From NCBI GenBank assembly GCA_041397105.1, contig JAWKXJ010000009.1:1049-65048 (forward strand): a stretch of DNA of 64,000 nt. The letters run 5' to 3'. The notes under the pieces are model-generated. The model worked only from the letters and a program-made list of their open reading frames with translations, made no database searches and was not told where the DNA came from. Below, piece after piece: positions 49,869 through 61,816 of the stretch. The DNA is from Paracoccaceae bacterium. GTDB lineage: Bacteria; Pseudomonadota; Alphaproteobacteria; Rhodobacterales; Rhodobacteraceae. Each line of letters begins with the position of its first letter. Positions within the stretch are counted from its first letter, which is position 1. The translations under genes and the position numbers were made by a program.

Positions 49869-51350
49869 TCAGGTACCGCAATAGGTGGTGTAGCGGCCGA
49901 AACCTTCCGGCGCGGGCAATGCGTAGGCCTCCAACCCCGGTCGCATGTCGTAGGGGTGGGCGACAGCCACAAGCAGCCGGTCGAATGGCGCCATGTCGCC
50001 GGCGACGGCGGCCTCCAGCGCCGCTTCGACCATGTGGTTGCGCGGGATATAGAGCGGGTTCACCCGGTCCATCGCATCGGCCCGCGCCTCTGCCCCCGCC
50101 CCGTCGCTTGCCGCGCGTTCCTCGTAGCGCGCGAGCCAGGTGTCGAGCCCCGCCGCGTCGTCAAAGAGCCTTCTTATCGGGTCAGCTTCCCCACGCAGCC
50201 ATCTGGCCAGATGACGGAAGAAAAGCGTGAAATCGACCCCCTGCCCCGTGAGTGTGTCGAAGAGCCCATTTGCAAGCGCGTCGTCGCCATCCTGCGCACT
50301 GCCAAGGCCAAGTTTGCGGCGCATACCGGACAGCCAGGCAGCCTGGTAGGCTTGCGGGAACGCGTTGATCGCATTCGTCGCCTGCCGGATCGCGTCCTCA
50401 CTGTCGCCAGGGTTGATGAGGTCAAGAAATGTCTCCGCAAGTCGCGCGAGGTTCCACTGCGCGATACTCGGCTGATTGCCATAGGCATAGCGCCCGAACT
50501 GGTCGATGGAACTGAAGACCGTCTTCGGGTCATAGGCGTCGATAAAGGCGCATGGCCCGTAGTCGATGGTCTCGCCCGATATCGTCATGTTGTCCGTGTT
50601 CATGACGCCATGAACAAACCCGACCAGCATCCATTGCGCAACCAGCGCCGCCTGACGGTCGCAGACGCGGCCGAGAAAGGCGACATAACGATCCTCACGA
50701 CCTGCCAGATCGGGGTCATGCCGGTCGATGGCGTAGTCGGCAAGCTGGCGGAGCTTGTTCGTCTCGCCGCGGGCTGCGAAGAACTGGAAGGTGCCGACGC
50801 GCAGATGGCTCGCCGCCACCCGCGCCAGAACGGCACCAGGTTTCGGCCCCTCGCGGAAAATCGCCTCGCCCGTCGTGACAGCGGCGAGCGCCCGTGTCGT
50901 CGGGATGCCCATCGCATGCATCGCCTCGCCGATCAGGTATTCCCGCAGCACCGGGCCAAGCACGGCCTTGCCGTCGCCACCGCGTGAAAAGGGCGTTCGC
51001 CCGGAACCCTTCAGGTGAATGTCACGCCGGTTGCCGTTGCGGTCAATCACTTCGCCAAGAAGAAGCGCGCGGCCATCGCCAAGCTGCGGTGAGAAACCGC
51101 CAAACTGATGCCCGGCATAGGCCATGGCAAGGGGTTTCGCACCCTCAGGGCTTGTGGCCCCGGCTAGGATGGCCGCGCCATGATCCCCGTCCAGCGCATC
51201 GGCATCGAGGCCCAACTCGGCCGCAAGGGGCTGGTTGAGGCGCAACAGTTTCGGTCTTGGCACGACAGCGCCCTGCCAGGGAACGTAGAAACCTTCCAAT
51301 TCGCGGGCATAGGAGTTGTCGAACCGAAAATTTGGGTCGAGTGCCGTCAT
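49869..51350 (-). CDS. selO: protein adenylyltransferase SelO (YdiU family)
   Basis: LAMAYAGHQFGGFSPQLGDGRALLLGEV...DIHLKGSGRTPFSR...FVHGVMNTDNMTISGETIDYGP. The start at 51350 is preferred (track start 51389). Confidence 0.9.
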   Translation of the reverse strand: MTALDPNFRFDNSYARELEGFYVPWQGAVVPRPKLLRLNQPLAAELGLDADALDGDHGAAILAGATSPEGAKPLAMAYAGHQFGGFSPQLGDGRALLLGEVIDRNGNRRDIHLKGSGRTPFSRGGDGKAVLGPVLREYLIGEAMHAMGIPTTRALAAVTTGEAIFREGPKPGAVLARVAASHLRVGTFQFFAARGETNKLRQLADYAIDRHDPDLAGREDRYVAFLGRVCDRQAALVAQWMLVGFVHGVMNTDNMTISGETIDYGPCAFIDAYDPKTVFSSIDQFGRYAYGNQPSIAQWNLARLAETFLDLINPGDSEDAIRQATNAINAFPQAYQAAWLSGMRRKLGLGSAQDGDDALANGLFDTLTGQGVDFTLFFRHLARWLRGEADPIRRLFDDAAGLDTWLARYEERAASDGAGAEARADAMDRVNPLYIPRNHMVEAALEAAVAGDMAPFDRLLVAVAHPYDMRPGLEAYALPAPEGFGRYTTYCGT

Positions 51351-51435
51351 TGTCCGCCCTTTAGCATCCCCATACGGGCAGCGCTCCACCGCGCCCCCTT
51401 ATTTGCCCAGCCATCGGACCCGCGCCGGCGACCGG

Positions 51436-51945
51436 TCATTCGGCGGCTTCGCGCCGGGGCAGAACCCAGTTCGGACGGATGAAATGGCAGGTGTAACCGT
51501 TCGGGAGACGTTCCAGATAATCCTGATGCTCTGGTTCCGCCTCCCAGAAGTCGCCCACAGGCTCCACTTCCGTCACGACCTTGCCGGGCCAGAGGCCGGA
51601 GGCATCGACATCGGCGATCGTGTCCACCGCCACCGCCTTTTGTGCATCATCGACATAGTAGATGGCCGACCGGTACGAGAGGCCGAGGTCGTTACCCTGC
51701 CGCATGGGTGTCGTGGGGTCGTGAATCTGGAAGAAGAATTCAAGCACCCGGCGGTAGCTGAGGAGGTCAGGATCATAGATGATCTCGATCCCTTCGGCAT
51801 GTGTGCCGTGGTTGCGGTATGTGGCGTTCCTGACATCGCCGCCGGTATAACCGACGCGGGTCGAGATTACCCCCGGCAGCTTGCGGATCAGGTCCTGCAT
51901 CCCCCAGAAACAACCGCCCGCCAGAACCGCGCGTTCATGTGCCAT
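51436..51945 (-). CDS. msrA: peptide-methionine (S)-S-oxide reductase
   Basis: The start at 51945 has a [26 protein letters not shown] carries the GCFWG active site, followed by GYTGG...[11 protein letters not shown]. The upstream part of the track ORF (to 52191) is rejected. Confidence 0.92.
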   Translation of the reverse strand: MAHERAVLAGGCFWGMQDLIRKLPGVISTRVGYTGGDVRNATYRNHGTHAEGIEIIYDPDLLSYRRVLEFFFQIHDPTTPMRQGNDLGLSYRSAIYYVDDAQKAVAVDTIADVDASGLWPGKVVTEVEPVGDFWEAEPEHQDYLERLPNGYTCHFIRPNWVLPRREAAE

Positions 51946-52229
51946 CGGAAGTCCTCCAATCATCCAGTATTGCCAACATAGCGTTCCACCTGGTCCACGT
52001 CGCGGCGAATATTTCGACACGGGGGGGGCGCGTCGAGATTTTCTGCCTAGGCAATTGCGAAGACTGCTGGGCGTTCTGGCCATACATGGGTGCCGCAGGG
52101 TCGAAAATCCAGCCCGCCAATGATCTGCCCATCCACACGAAATCGCGCAGGGCCATCTGGTGCCTGCAATTTCCGGCGTTATTCTGGCCATCGTCGTCCG
52201 CTATAGGCTTGCCGGGAAAGGAGCGCTGG

Positions 52230-53288
52230 ATGGATGTCGTCTCTGCCGGCGGATTGCAGGCCGCACTTGACCCGGTCGCTCCGGCGGATGCGGCCGCGTT
52301 TCTTGCGGCACGTTACGGGATCGCTGGCAGGCTGCGGCGAATGGCGACAGAAAAGGACGACACCTTTCACGTCGATGCCGGTCCGACAGGGCAGTTTGTG
52401 CTGAAGATCGCGAATGCGGCCGAGGATGCTGCCGAAATCGACCTGCAGGTCGCGGCGCTCGCGCATGTCGCCCTGTCCGACCCGTCGCTGCCCGTGCCGC
52501 GCGTGGTGCCGGATGTCGCGGGCGCACCCACGTGCCTTTACGAGGGTGGTCGGGACGGCAGGCGGATCGCACGGCTGATGACCTACCTTGAGGGGACGCC
52601 GCTCGACCGCACCACCAGCACATTGCCGGAGCGACGCACCATCGGCAGGCTTTGCGGCCGGCTGCGGCTGGCCATGGCCGGATTTTCCCACCGGGCAGAA
52701 GGTCGGCTTCTGGCCTGGGACACGCAGCGCCTGCCGGGGCTCGCGCCACTGCTCGCCGAGATCGGGGACCGGACCCAGCACCGCATGCTTGCCGAAGGCA
52801 TGGCCCGGTTCGCCGAGATCGAGGCGCAATTGCCGGGTCTCCGGACACAGGTGCTGCATAACGACTTCAACAAATCGAACCTGATCGTCAACCACGGACA
52901 TCCGGACTTTGTCACTGGCATCATCGACTTTGGCGACACGGTCCGCACCGCCATTGCCGTCGATCTGTCGACTGCGATGATGAACCAGATGCCGGCGGGC
53001 GCGGAGGAGCCGATGATGGCGGGTCCGGAGGCGGTTCTGGCCGGCTACATCGAAACCGCCGATCTGACCGGTGATGAGATCGCGATCTTGCCGATGCTGA
53101 TGATGGGCCGGGTCGTTACGCGGGCATTGATATCGGTATCGCGTGCCCAGCGCTTTCCCGAAAATGCCGACTACATCCTGCGGCACACCGCTCAGTGCTG
53201 GTACCAGCTCGACTGGTTTCTGGCGCGCAGCACGGACGATATCGCCACCACTTTTGACGCCTACCAGACTCGAGCCATCCACCCCTGA
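52230..53288 (+). CDS. aminoglycoside-phosphotransferase-fold kinase (hydroxylysine-kinase / homoserine-kinase type II-like)
   Basis: The start at 52230 has a GGAAAGGAG RBS. The Brenner-type motif is VLHNDFNKSNLIV and the downstream motif is IIDFGD. Confidence 0.75.
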   Translation: MDVVSAGGLQAALDPVAPADAAAFLAARYGIAGRLRRMATEKDDTFHVDAGPTGQFVLKIANAAEDAAEIDLQVAALAHVALSDPSLPVPRVVPDVAGAPTCLYEGGRDGRRIARLMTYLEGTPLDRTTSTLPERRTIGRLCGRLRLAMAGFSHRAEGRLLAWDTQRLPGLAPLLAEIGDRTQHRMLAEGMARFAEIEAQLPGLRTQVLHNDFNKSNLIVNHGHPDFVTGIIDFGDTVRTAIAVDLSTAMMNQMPAGAEEPMMAGPEAVLAGYIETADLTGDEIAILPMLMMGRVVTRALISVSRAQRFPENADYILRHTAQCWYQLDWFLARSTDDIATTFDAYQTRAIHP

Positions 53289-53307
53289 AAGCAGAAGGAC
53301 ATCGCCG

Positions 53308-54666
53308 ATGACCATCCCAGCGCCAAAGCCGGCCGCACGTCGCGGCAAGATGGTCAACGGGTTCGACCCCGCGACACTTTCGGAATTGCCGGGCGACATT
53401 TCGGATCTGGTCGGGCGTCGGCAACGGCTGCTCGGACCGGCCTATCGGCTCTTTTACAAGACGCCCGTTCAGGTCAGCCGGGGCGAGGGCGTCTTTCTTT
53501 ACGATGATGACGGCCGCGAATATCTCGACTGCTACAACAATGTCGTCTCTGTCGGTCATGCAAACCCCCGTGTGACGGCCGCCATCAAGGCCCAGATCGG
53601 CACACTTTCCACCCACACACGCTATGTCCAGGCCGCGATCCTCGATTTTGCCGAAGACCTGCTGTCGACTTTCGAGGCAGAACTGCAGCACGTCATGTTC
53701 ACCTGCACGGGAACCGAGGCCAACGATCTGGCCCTTCGCATGGCGATGCATCACACCGGGCGGCGCGGCATCGTCATCACGTCCGAGGCCTATCACGGCA
53801 ATTCATTTCTTGTTGCGGGCTGCTCACCCTCGCTGGGCGACAATCAGCCGTTGTGGCCCTGGGCGCGCCGAGTTCCTGCGCCGGACCCCTACCGCGTGAC
53901 GGGGCGCGATATCGGCGCCTACATGGCCGCGCAGGTCTTCGACGCCATCGCCGATCTGGAGCGGCAGGGCGAGGGTATCGCCGCCTTCATGGCGGATTCC
54001 CTTTTTTCCTCCGATGGGGTGATCAGCGATCCTGTCCCCGTTCTCGCCCAGGTGGCCGAGGTTGTTCGCAAGGCGGGCGGCGTCATGATCGCCGACGAGG
54101 TTCAGGCCGGTTTCGGACGGTCGGGCAGCCATCTTTGGGGCTATCAGCGCCATGGGTTCGTGCCCGACATCGTGACGATGGGCAAACCGATGGGCAACGG
54201 CTATCCGGTGGCCGCTGTCGTGATGCGCGGCGATGTCGTGGAACGCTTTGGTTCCGAACTGCGCTATTTCAACACGTTCGGCGGCAACAACGTTGCCATC
54301 GCGGCGGCGCAGGCCGTGCTGGATGTAGTACGCGATGAAGGTCTTGTCGCCCATGCGGGCCAACTCGGCGCAGCCCTTCGGACCGGGCTTGAGGCATTGG
54401 CCGGCCGGCATGAGGCGATCGGCTGTATCCGGGGGACGGGGCTCTACTACGGGGTAGAGATGGTCGCCGACCGTGACAGCAAGACCCCCGATCCGACCGA
54501 AGCCCTGCGGGTGGTCAACCGGCTGCGCGACGAACGCATCCTGATTTCAGCGACCGGCCCACATGCCAATGTTCTGAAGATCCGCCCCCCCCTCGTTCTC
54601 CAGCAGGCCCATGTCGACCGGTTTCTCGACGGGCTAGACAGGGTTCTGTCAGAGGGTCGCACCTGA
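53308..54666 (+). CDS. class III PLP-dependent aminotransferase (AGXT2-like / phospho-lyase-like)
   Basis: GEGVFLYDDDGREYLDCYNNVVSVGHANPRV...IADEVQAGFGRSG...DIVTMGKPMGNGYP includes the PLP lysine. Confidence 0.85.
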   Translation: MTIPAPKPAARRGKMVNGFDPATLSELPGDISDLVGRRQRLLGPAYRLFYKTPVQVSRGEGVFLYDDDGREYLDCYNNVVSVGHANPRVTAAIKAQIGTLSTHTRYVQAAILDFAEDLLSTFEAELQHVMFTCTGTEANDLALRMAMHHTGRRGIVITSEAYHGNSFLVAGCSPSLGDNQPLWPWARRVPAPDPYRVTGRDIGAYMAAQVFDAIADLERQGEGIAAFMADSLFSSDGVISDPVPVLAQVAEVVRKAGGVMIADEVQAGFGRSGSHLWGYQRHGFVPDIVTMGKPMGNGYPVAAVVMRGDVVERFGSELRYFNTFGGNNVAIAAAQAVLDVVRDEGLVAHAGQLGAALRTGLEALAGRHEAIGCIRGTGLYYGVEMVADRDSKTPDPTEALRVVNRLRDERILISATGPHANVLKIRPPLVLQQAHVDRFLDGLDRVLSEGRT

Positions 54667-54882
54667 GCGGCCCCGTTTCGCAGAGCGATTGCATCGGCAT
54701 TCCGCTTTTACTTCCCGCCCGGGCTGTTGCACTCTCTTCCCGTAGACGACGGGACGAGGCGTTGCGGGCGCCGGCGCGGGCCGGTGTTCGGTGGCATTTC
54801 GGCCGGCAAGCAGCCGGGCACCGGCGCCGCAAGGAAAGCAGCGTCCTCCGCCCGAACGACGAGAAAGAAACGGAAATATTCG

Positions 54883-55731
54883 ATGTCTGACCAAAGCCCG
54901 ACCAACCCCTGCATCATCTGCGTCGCCATCACAGGATCGGTTCCGACGAAGGCAGACAACCCCGCCGTACCGATCACGATTTCCGAACAGATCGAAAGCA
55001 CGCAGGAGGCGTTCGAGGCCGGCGCCACAATCGCGCATTGCCATGTCCGTGACGATGACGGCAAACCGACACCCGATCCGGAACGGTACGCGCGGCTGAA
55101 AGAGGGGTTGGAAAAGCACTGCCCCGGCATGATCGTCCAGTTGTCGACCGGCGGGCGGTCAGGCGCCGGACAGGCGCGCGGGGCGATGCTGAGCCTGCGC
55201 CCCGACATGGCCTCGCTCGCGGTCGGATCGAACAACTTCCCGTCAAGGGTCTACGACAATCCGCCCGATCTGGTAGACTGGTTGGCCGGCGAAATGCTGG
55301 CCCATGACGTCAAGCCAGAGATCGAGGCCTTCGACCTTAGCCATATCTTCAAGGCGGCCGAGATGCATGGCAAGGGGCAGATCAGGGACCTGCCCTATGT
55401 GCAGTTCGTCATGGGGGTGAAGAACGCCATGCCGGTCGACCGTCCTGTCTTCGATTTCTATGTCGCGACGGTGAAGCGGCTCTTTGGCGATGTGCCCTGG
55501 TGCGCCGCCGGGATCGGCGCCAATCAGATCGTGCTGAACGAATGGGCGATTGCGGCCGGTGGCCATGCGCGGACCGGGCTTGAGGACAATGTCCGGCTCG
55601 ACAAGGAACATCTTGCGCCTTCGAACGCGGCACTCGTCCGGCGCACGGCTGACATCTGCGCCCGAAACGGGCGGCCTGTCGCAAGCTGGCGCGAGGCGCG
55701 CGCCATGCTCGGCCTCAGGCCGGTCAACTGA
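54883..55731 (+). CDS. 3-keto-5-aminohexanoate cleavage enzyme family (BKACE, DUF849)
   Basis: IICVAITGSVPTKADNPAVPITISEQIESTQEAFEAGATIAHCHVRDDDGKPT...QLSTGGR. Confidence 0.85.
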   Translation: MSDQSPTNPCIICVAITGSVPTKADNPAVPITISEQIESTQEAFEAGATIAHCHVRDDDGKPTPDPERYARLKEGLEKHCPGMIVQLSTGGRSGAGQARGAMLSLRPDMASLAVGSNNFPSRVYDNPPDLVDWLAGEMLAHDVKPEIEAFDLSHIFKAAEMHGKGQIRDLPYVQFVMGVKNAMPVDRPVFDFYVATVKRLFGDVPWCAAGIGANQIVLNEWAIAAGGHARTGLEDNVRLDKEHLAPSNAALVRRTADICARNGRPVASWREARAMLGLRPVN

Positions 55732-55873
55732 CGGCGGCTGCGCCACCGGCCAGGCGGTGGCACCCCGGCTGGGCATGTCAAGATTACCAGCGATGGTGGC
55801 TGGACCGCCGGCGAGGCAGGGCCTTGAAGCTTGCTGCAATTCAACGCGAAAGGCAGGCGACTTGCCCTGAAGG

Positions 55874-56776
55874 ATGGGGCGGACTAGTTTTTCCCTTGAG
55901 GCAGGCACAAACAGGAACAGTCGATTGGAGCTGATCGAGGGATTTCTTGCATCCAGCGGATCGCAGATACTGCTTGCGCTGAAGGCGCTCGCGCCGCCGC
56001 TTGCGTTCTTCGTGACCCTCGGTCTGCTCTTGAAACGTGGGGCGATCCTCGACGATCTCCGCCGCGTCCTGCCCCAGACCGGACTGAATGCGCAGATTGC
56101 CCTCCTGGATGTCATCGTCGTCGTGCCGGCGATTGCCGTGATTTCAACGGCGCTGTCGGATGCGCTGCAATGGGCTGGCCTGATCATCGCGGGACCTGCC
56201 TTCTGGGCCGGCTTTCCTGCGGCGCTTGTGGTGTTTCTGGCCGTTCTGGCGGGTGACGCCATCGGTTACTGGCGACACCGCCTGGAACATACGGCCGTTC
56301 TCTGGCCCTCCCATGCAGTGCATCATTCCGATACCGAGATGACGTGGTTCACCCTGCTCCGGTTTCACCCGATCAACCGGCTCAGCACCTTTGTCATCGA
56401 CAGCGGTATCCTGATGATGCTCGGCTTTCCGGTCTATGCGGTCGTGGCCAACAATCTTGTGCGCCACTACTACGGCTACCTGATACATGCCGACCTGCCC
56501 TGGACCTATGGGCCGCTGGGCAAGATATTCGTCTCTCCGGTGATGCACCGCTGGCATCATGCCGCCGACCCGCGTGCCTTCAACACGAATTACGCAACCG
56601 TCTTTGCCTTCTTCGACTATCTCTTCGGCACCTGGCGGGTGCCTGGCCTTTGCACCGTCCCCTTGGGCGTTACCGACCGTATGGAACCGACGCTGAAGGA
56701 CCAGATGCTTTACGCGCTGCGCCCGTCGTCCTACCGCCGCCTCTTCCGCCGGCGCGGCCCGAAGGCGCCCAAATAG
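55874..56776 (+). CDS. fatty acid hydroxylase / sterol desaturase superfamily membrane protein
   Basis: The histidine boxes are HRLEH, HAVHH and HRWHH, in a polytopic membrane context. Confidence 0.8.
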   Translation: MGRTSFSLEAGTNRNSRLELIEGFLASSGSQILLALKALAPPLAFFVTLGLLLKRGAILDDLRRVLPQTGLNAQIALLDVIVVVPAIAVISTALSDALQWAGLIIAGPAFWAGFPAALVVFLAVLAGDAIGYWRHRLEHTAVLWPSHAVHHSDTEMTWFTLLRFHPINRLSTFVIDSGILMMLGFPVYAVVANNLVRHYYGYLIHADLPWTYGPLGKIFVSPVMHRWHHAADPRAFNTNYATVFAFFDYLFGTWRVPGLCTVPLGVTDRMEPTLKDQMLYALRPSSYRRLFRRRGPKAPK

Positions 56777-56800
56777 AGGCGGGTGACTGCCCTGCGCCTG

Positions 56801-57277
56801 TCAGCCGGCGGGCATGATCAGCAGCGATAGCGGCAGCAGCAGGCCCGCGAGGGCGATCGAGATGCCCATGGGGAACTTGGTGCTGCCGGAAAGCGCCTTC
56901 CAGCTTTCGCCGCCAGCGAATGGCAATCGGCGCATCGTCAGGATCGCCGCGACGCCAAGGATCATCGACACAGAGAAGATGTAGCTGAATTGGGCCAGGT
57001 TCTCTGACGGCACAAAGAGCACCAGCGCGGCCAGCACTTTCACATCGCCCCCACCGAAAAGACGGAAACAGAAGGCGACGAATCCGACCGCGAAGACGAG
57101 CGCCGCCGCGGTCAGGCGCGGCGCCAGATCCGGCATTGGCAGCACGAGGCTGCACAGCCCGAAGACCGCCACCATAAGGAGGCTGATGGCATTCGGAATT
57201 CGCATGAACCGCATGTCACAATAGGCGACGGCCACCATCAAGGGCGCGATGAGCACAAGCGGTACGACAGAGGACAT
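56801..57277 (-). CDS. cpaA: A24-family prepilin peptidase (CpaA/TadV)
   Basis: A 158-aa membrane protein. It has the CDMRFMRIPN and GGGDVKVLAAL aspartate motifs. Confidence 0.85.
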   Translation of the reverse strand: MSSVVPLVLIAPLMVAVAYCDMRFMRIPNAISLLMVAVFGLCSLVLPMPDLAPRLTAAALVFAVGFVAFCFRLFGGGDVKVLAALVLFVPSENLAQFSYIFSVSMILGVAAILTMRRLPFAGGESWKALSGSTKFPMGISIALAGLLLPLSLLIMPAG

Positions 57278-57296
57278 CCGGGCCGGGTTCCTTTCG

Positions 57297-58157
57297 TCAC
57301 GCGATCCAGGCCAACGGCTCTGACGTGGTCCTGTCCGGCTGGATCAGTTGGAAGACGAGTTCGGCGAGGCTTCCCGCGCCGGTCTTGGCGTAGATGCTGC
57401 GCAGATGCGAACGGATGGTCGCCTCCGAAAGGCCAAGCTCCTCGGATACACCGTCCACCGAAAGGCCGCGGCTGAGCAGGAGGCACACGCGAAACTCCGC
57501 CCGGCTGAGGCGCGCGGGATTGGCGACACCGAGCAATTGCGGCCGGGGCGCGTCGCTGACGGCGCGCCTTTCGGTCAGCGCCTCGCCGGTGATCAGACCG
57601 GCCTGCCGCGTCGCCCAGGTCCGCGCCATTGTCGGCAGTACGGCCGACAACGCGGCCAGCGTATCGGCCGAAAGCGCATCGCGGAAATGCAATTCCACAT
57701 GGTCCCGCACAAACGGCCCGCCGCTGAGAACAAGAACCACAAGCTCGCTCATGCGGCGCGCGGCCTGCCAGTCATGCAAGGCGACAGCATCGCGGGCGCA
57801 TTTTTCGTCCGCATGGGCCGATCCCAGCCAGATCGTCGCCGCCCTGGGCTTGATGAGATGGGGGCCGAAATATTCGTCCGCGAACGACGATTTCAGCGGA
57901 CATATCGACGAGACCGCCCTGTCATAGGTAACGACCCGCGTTGGACGGAGTTCCCGCAACCGGGTCCGAACGATCATCCCGGCTTCAGCGCCCAATGCTT
58001 GCAGCAGGCCTGCAAAGGCGTTCTGAAGCGGAACCTCGCGATGCAAGGCATCGCACCAATCGGCCATGGCGTCGAAAACCGACGACGTCACACCGCCCGG
58101 GGCCGCAACCGGCCGCCCCGGATTCACCGGAAATTCGTGTCTCAAGAAAATCACCAC
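57297..58157 (-). CDS. LuxR-family (GerE-type HTH) transcriptional regulator with unassigned N-terminal domain
   Basis: The C-terminus is LSRAEFRVCLLLSRGLSVDGVSEELGLSEATIRSHLRSIYAKTGAGSLAELV. The exact start is uncertain. Confidence 0.75.
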   Translation of the reverse strand: MVIFLRHEFPVNPGRPVAAPGGVTSSVFDAMADWCDALHREVPLQNAFAGLLQALGAEAGMIVRTRLRELRPTRVVTYDRAVSSICPLKSSFADEYFGPHLIKPRAATIWLGSAHADEKCARDAVALHDWQAARRMSELVVLVLSGGPFVRDHVELHFRDALSADTLAALSAVLPTMARTWATRQAGLITGEALTERRAVSDAPRPQLLGVANPARLSRAEFRVCLLLSRGLSVDGVSEELGLSEATIRSHLRSIYAKTGAGSLAELVFQLIQPDRTTSEPLAWIA

Positions 58158-58435
58158 TGGTTAATCCCACAGAAAGACGCCCTAAGACACCCTCACGTCT
58201 TCCCGTCCGAATCTATCCTTTGCAGTTGGGCCAGATGGCCGGTTTCCGTTGTCAGTTTCGATGTGCGATGACATCAGGAAACATGATTTCGGCATGGAAA
58301 CGCCAACATTCGGCCATATTCGCGCGGAAATGCAACCTGTGGTGGAAATATTCCCCGCCAATCCGCTAAGAATTCCTGTCCGGCCGCGAATTGTTTCAAT
58401 GCAGTGGCTGTCCGCAGGATCGGCTTTCGCGGGAA

Positions 58436-59437
58436 TCAGCCGTGCAGGTAGCGGATATAGCGAATGACGACCGGGCCCAGGGTCAGCATCAGAAGCGCGG
58501 GCAACATCAAAGATGCCATGATCGCCGACATTTTCACGGGCAGCTTGTTGGCCATCTCCTGCGCCTTGAGTTCGCGGTTCTTGCGCATCTCTGTCGCATA
58601 GGTCGACAGGGTTTCCGACGTGCTCGTTCCGAACTGCATTGATTGAAGGACAACATTGGCAAACGAAACGACTTCGCCGACACCTGTGCGCGCCGCCATG
58701 TCGAGAAGCGCCTTGTCGCGGCCCCGGCCAGCCTGAATTTCACGCTGCGCGATCAGCATTTCCTGCGAAATCGCAGGTGCCGTCGTCTCAAGCTCATTGG
58801 CGACCCGGATCATGGCCGCGTCGAAGCCCAGCCCGGCCTCGACCGAAATCTGGATGAGGTCGAGCGCATTCGGAAAACTCTCCTCGATGGCGCGAACCCG
58901 TTCGGCAGTGCGCGAGCGGAGCCAGATCGCCGGGCCGAAGAACCCAAGACCGACAAGAAGGCTTGCCACCTGCAAGAGCCGCGCCGGGCTCCAGCCGCTG
59001 ATCGTCGCACCAATGGAGTCCGGCAGCGTGACGAGCCCGGTGCGGGAAGCCCAGCTGACCGCGACCAGCGCGCAAGGCAGCATCAGGCCGAGCAGCAGGC
59101 GCACAAGGTAGTAGTTGCGCACGGCATGAGGGCCACTCAACCCGGCCTGGGCTAATTGCCGCTGAACCTCGGTGCGTTCGGCGCGACTGCTGGGGATCAG
59201 GGTCTTCAGAATGCCGGTCGGATCGGCCGACGTCGGCCGCAATATCCCCCGGTCCGCGGTTCTGGAAAACCCGCGCGCGCCCTGCCGGGCCATCCGTTCC
59301 AGTGCCGGATCCCTGCCGGCAAAGACACCTGACAGTCCGAACACCACCAGAAGCGCGCCGAACCCGACGCCGGTGATGGCGAGTGTGATCATGGAGGGCG
59401 AAAACTGCGTGATCAGGTCTTCGATCAGATAGGCCAT
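58436..59437 (-). CDS. tadC: Tad/Flp pilus assembly inner-membrane protein TadC (type II secretion F family)
   Basis: 333 aa with a T2SSF domain (FPNALDLIQISVEAGLGFDAAM) and TM segments at both ends. Confidence 0.85.
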   Translation of the reverse strand: MAYLIEDLITQFSPSMITLAITGVGFGALLVVFGLSGVFAGRDPALERMARQGARGFSRTADRGILRPTSADPTGILKTLIPSSRAERTEVQRQLAQAGLSGPHAVRNYYLVRLLLGLMLPCALVAVSWASRTGLVTLPDSIGATISGWSPARLLQVASLLVGLGFFGPAIWLRSRTAERVRAIEESFPNALDLIQISVEAGLGFDAAMIRVANELETTAPAISQEMLIAQREIQAGRGRDKALLDMAARTGVGEVVSFANVVLQSMQFGTSTSETLSTYATEMRKNRELKAQEMANKLPVKMSAIMASLMLPALLMLTLGPVVIRYIRYLHG

Positions 59438-59449
59438 GTTAAATCCCTC

Positions 59450-60414
59450 TCAGAACCTGAAATTCACGAGCCTGCGCATCGCGATGAAATTCGCGATCAT
59501 CAGCACGAAGACGGTAATGGCGATGGGCCGGAACAGCGGATCGCCGCTGACGCCGCCGTAATATTCCGGCGTGGTGATCGACGTGAAGGCAAGGATGGCC
59601 AGCGGCAAGGCAGACAGAAAGTTGGAGGTCAGACGTCCCTCCGACGAAATGGCCTGAATGCGCTTGCGCATGGTGATACGGTCGCGGATGACCTTTGCCA
59701 GTGTCGTCAGAACCATGGCGAGGTTGCCCCCCGTACCGGCCTGAATCGCGACACTGACCGACAGGTAGTGAACGTCTTCCAGATCGGTGCGTTCGGCAAA
59801 ATCGCCAAAGGCGTCAACCAGGTCGTCGCCATAGCTGATCTGATCGACCATGACACCGAATTCTGACCCGATCGGGTCCTGCATGTCGCGCGCGACGGAG
59901 GCGATGGTGGTGTTGAGCGGATGGCCGACGGTCAGCCCGCGCGCCATGAGGTCGAGCGCATCGGGAAGCTGCTGGATCATCGCCGTCATGCGCCGGGTCT
60001 GGGCAACCCGCACGATGACGACCGGTGTGACAAAGCACAGAAGCACGGCGATGGCGAAAGCCGCAGGTGCCCAGATGATGGTCGCGGCCGCGCCGCCCAG
60101 CGTCAGCGTCCCGCAAAGGCAGGCCAGGAGAAATATCCTCGGGCGGATCGTCAGACCCGCCTGGCGCAGGGCGACAGGCAAGGGACCGATGAACGGCAGA
60201 CCGGAAAGGCTCCACTTGCTGCGGGTTGGCTTCAACAGCCGTAGCACGTCTTCCGGCATCGCGCCTTCGGCGATCATCCGCATGCGGCGATTGCGGGCCT
60301 CGCCCCGGGACTCGGTCCGACTGAGCGATTGCCTTATCCCCTCGAAGGCCAGCAGGACGCCCAGGAAGATGCCCACATAGGCAAGCGTGGTGATCTCGAA
60401 TTCGTTGAGGAAGG

Positions 60415-60418
<4 letters not shown>
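59450..60418 (-). CDS. tadB: Tad/Flp pilus assembly inner-membrane protein TadB (type II secretion F family)
   Basis: 322 aa with LPDALDLMARGLTVGHPLNTTI. ATGA overlap with cpaF. Confidence 0.85.
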
Positions 60419-61806
<1,388 letters not shown>

Positions 61807-61816
61807 GGTCCACCTC

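Noticed and set aside
54667-54882. GC-rich 216-bp leader before the BKACE gene with complementary segments (GCGGGCGCCGG at about 54764 and CCGGCGCCGC at 54821), considered as a possible riboswitch.
   Set aside because: It has no resemblance to any riboswitch consensus I know. Ten-nt GC-only complementarity is expected by chance in DNA of this composition.
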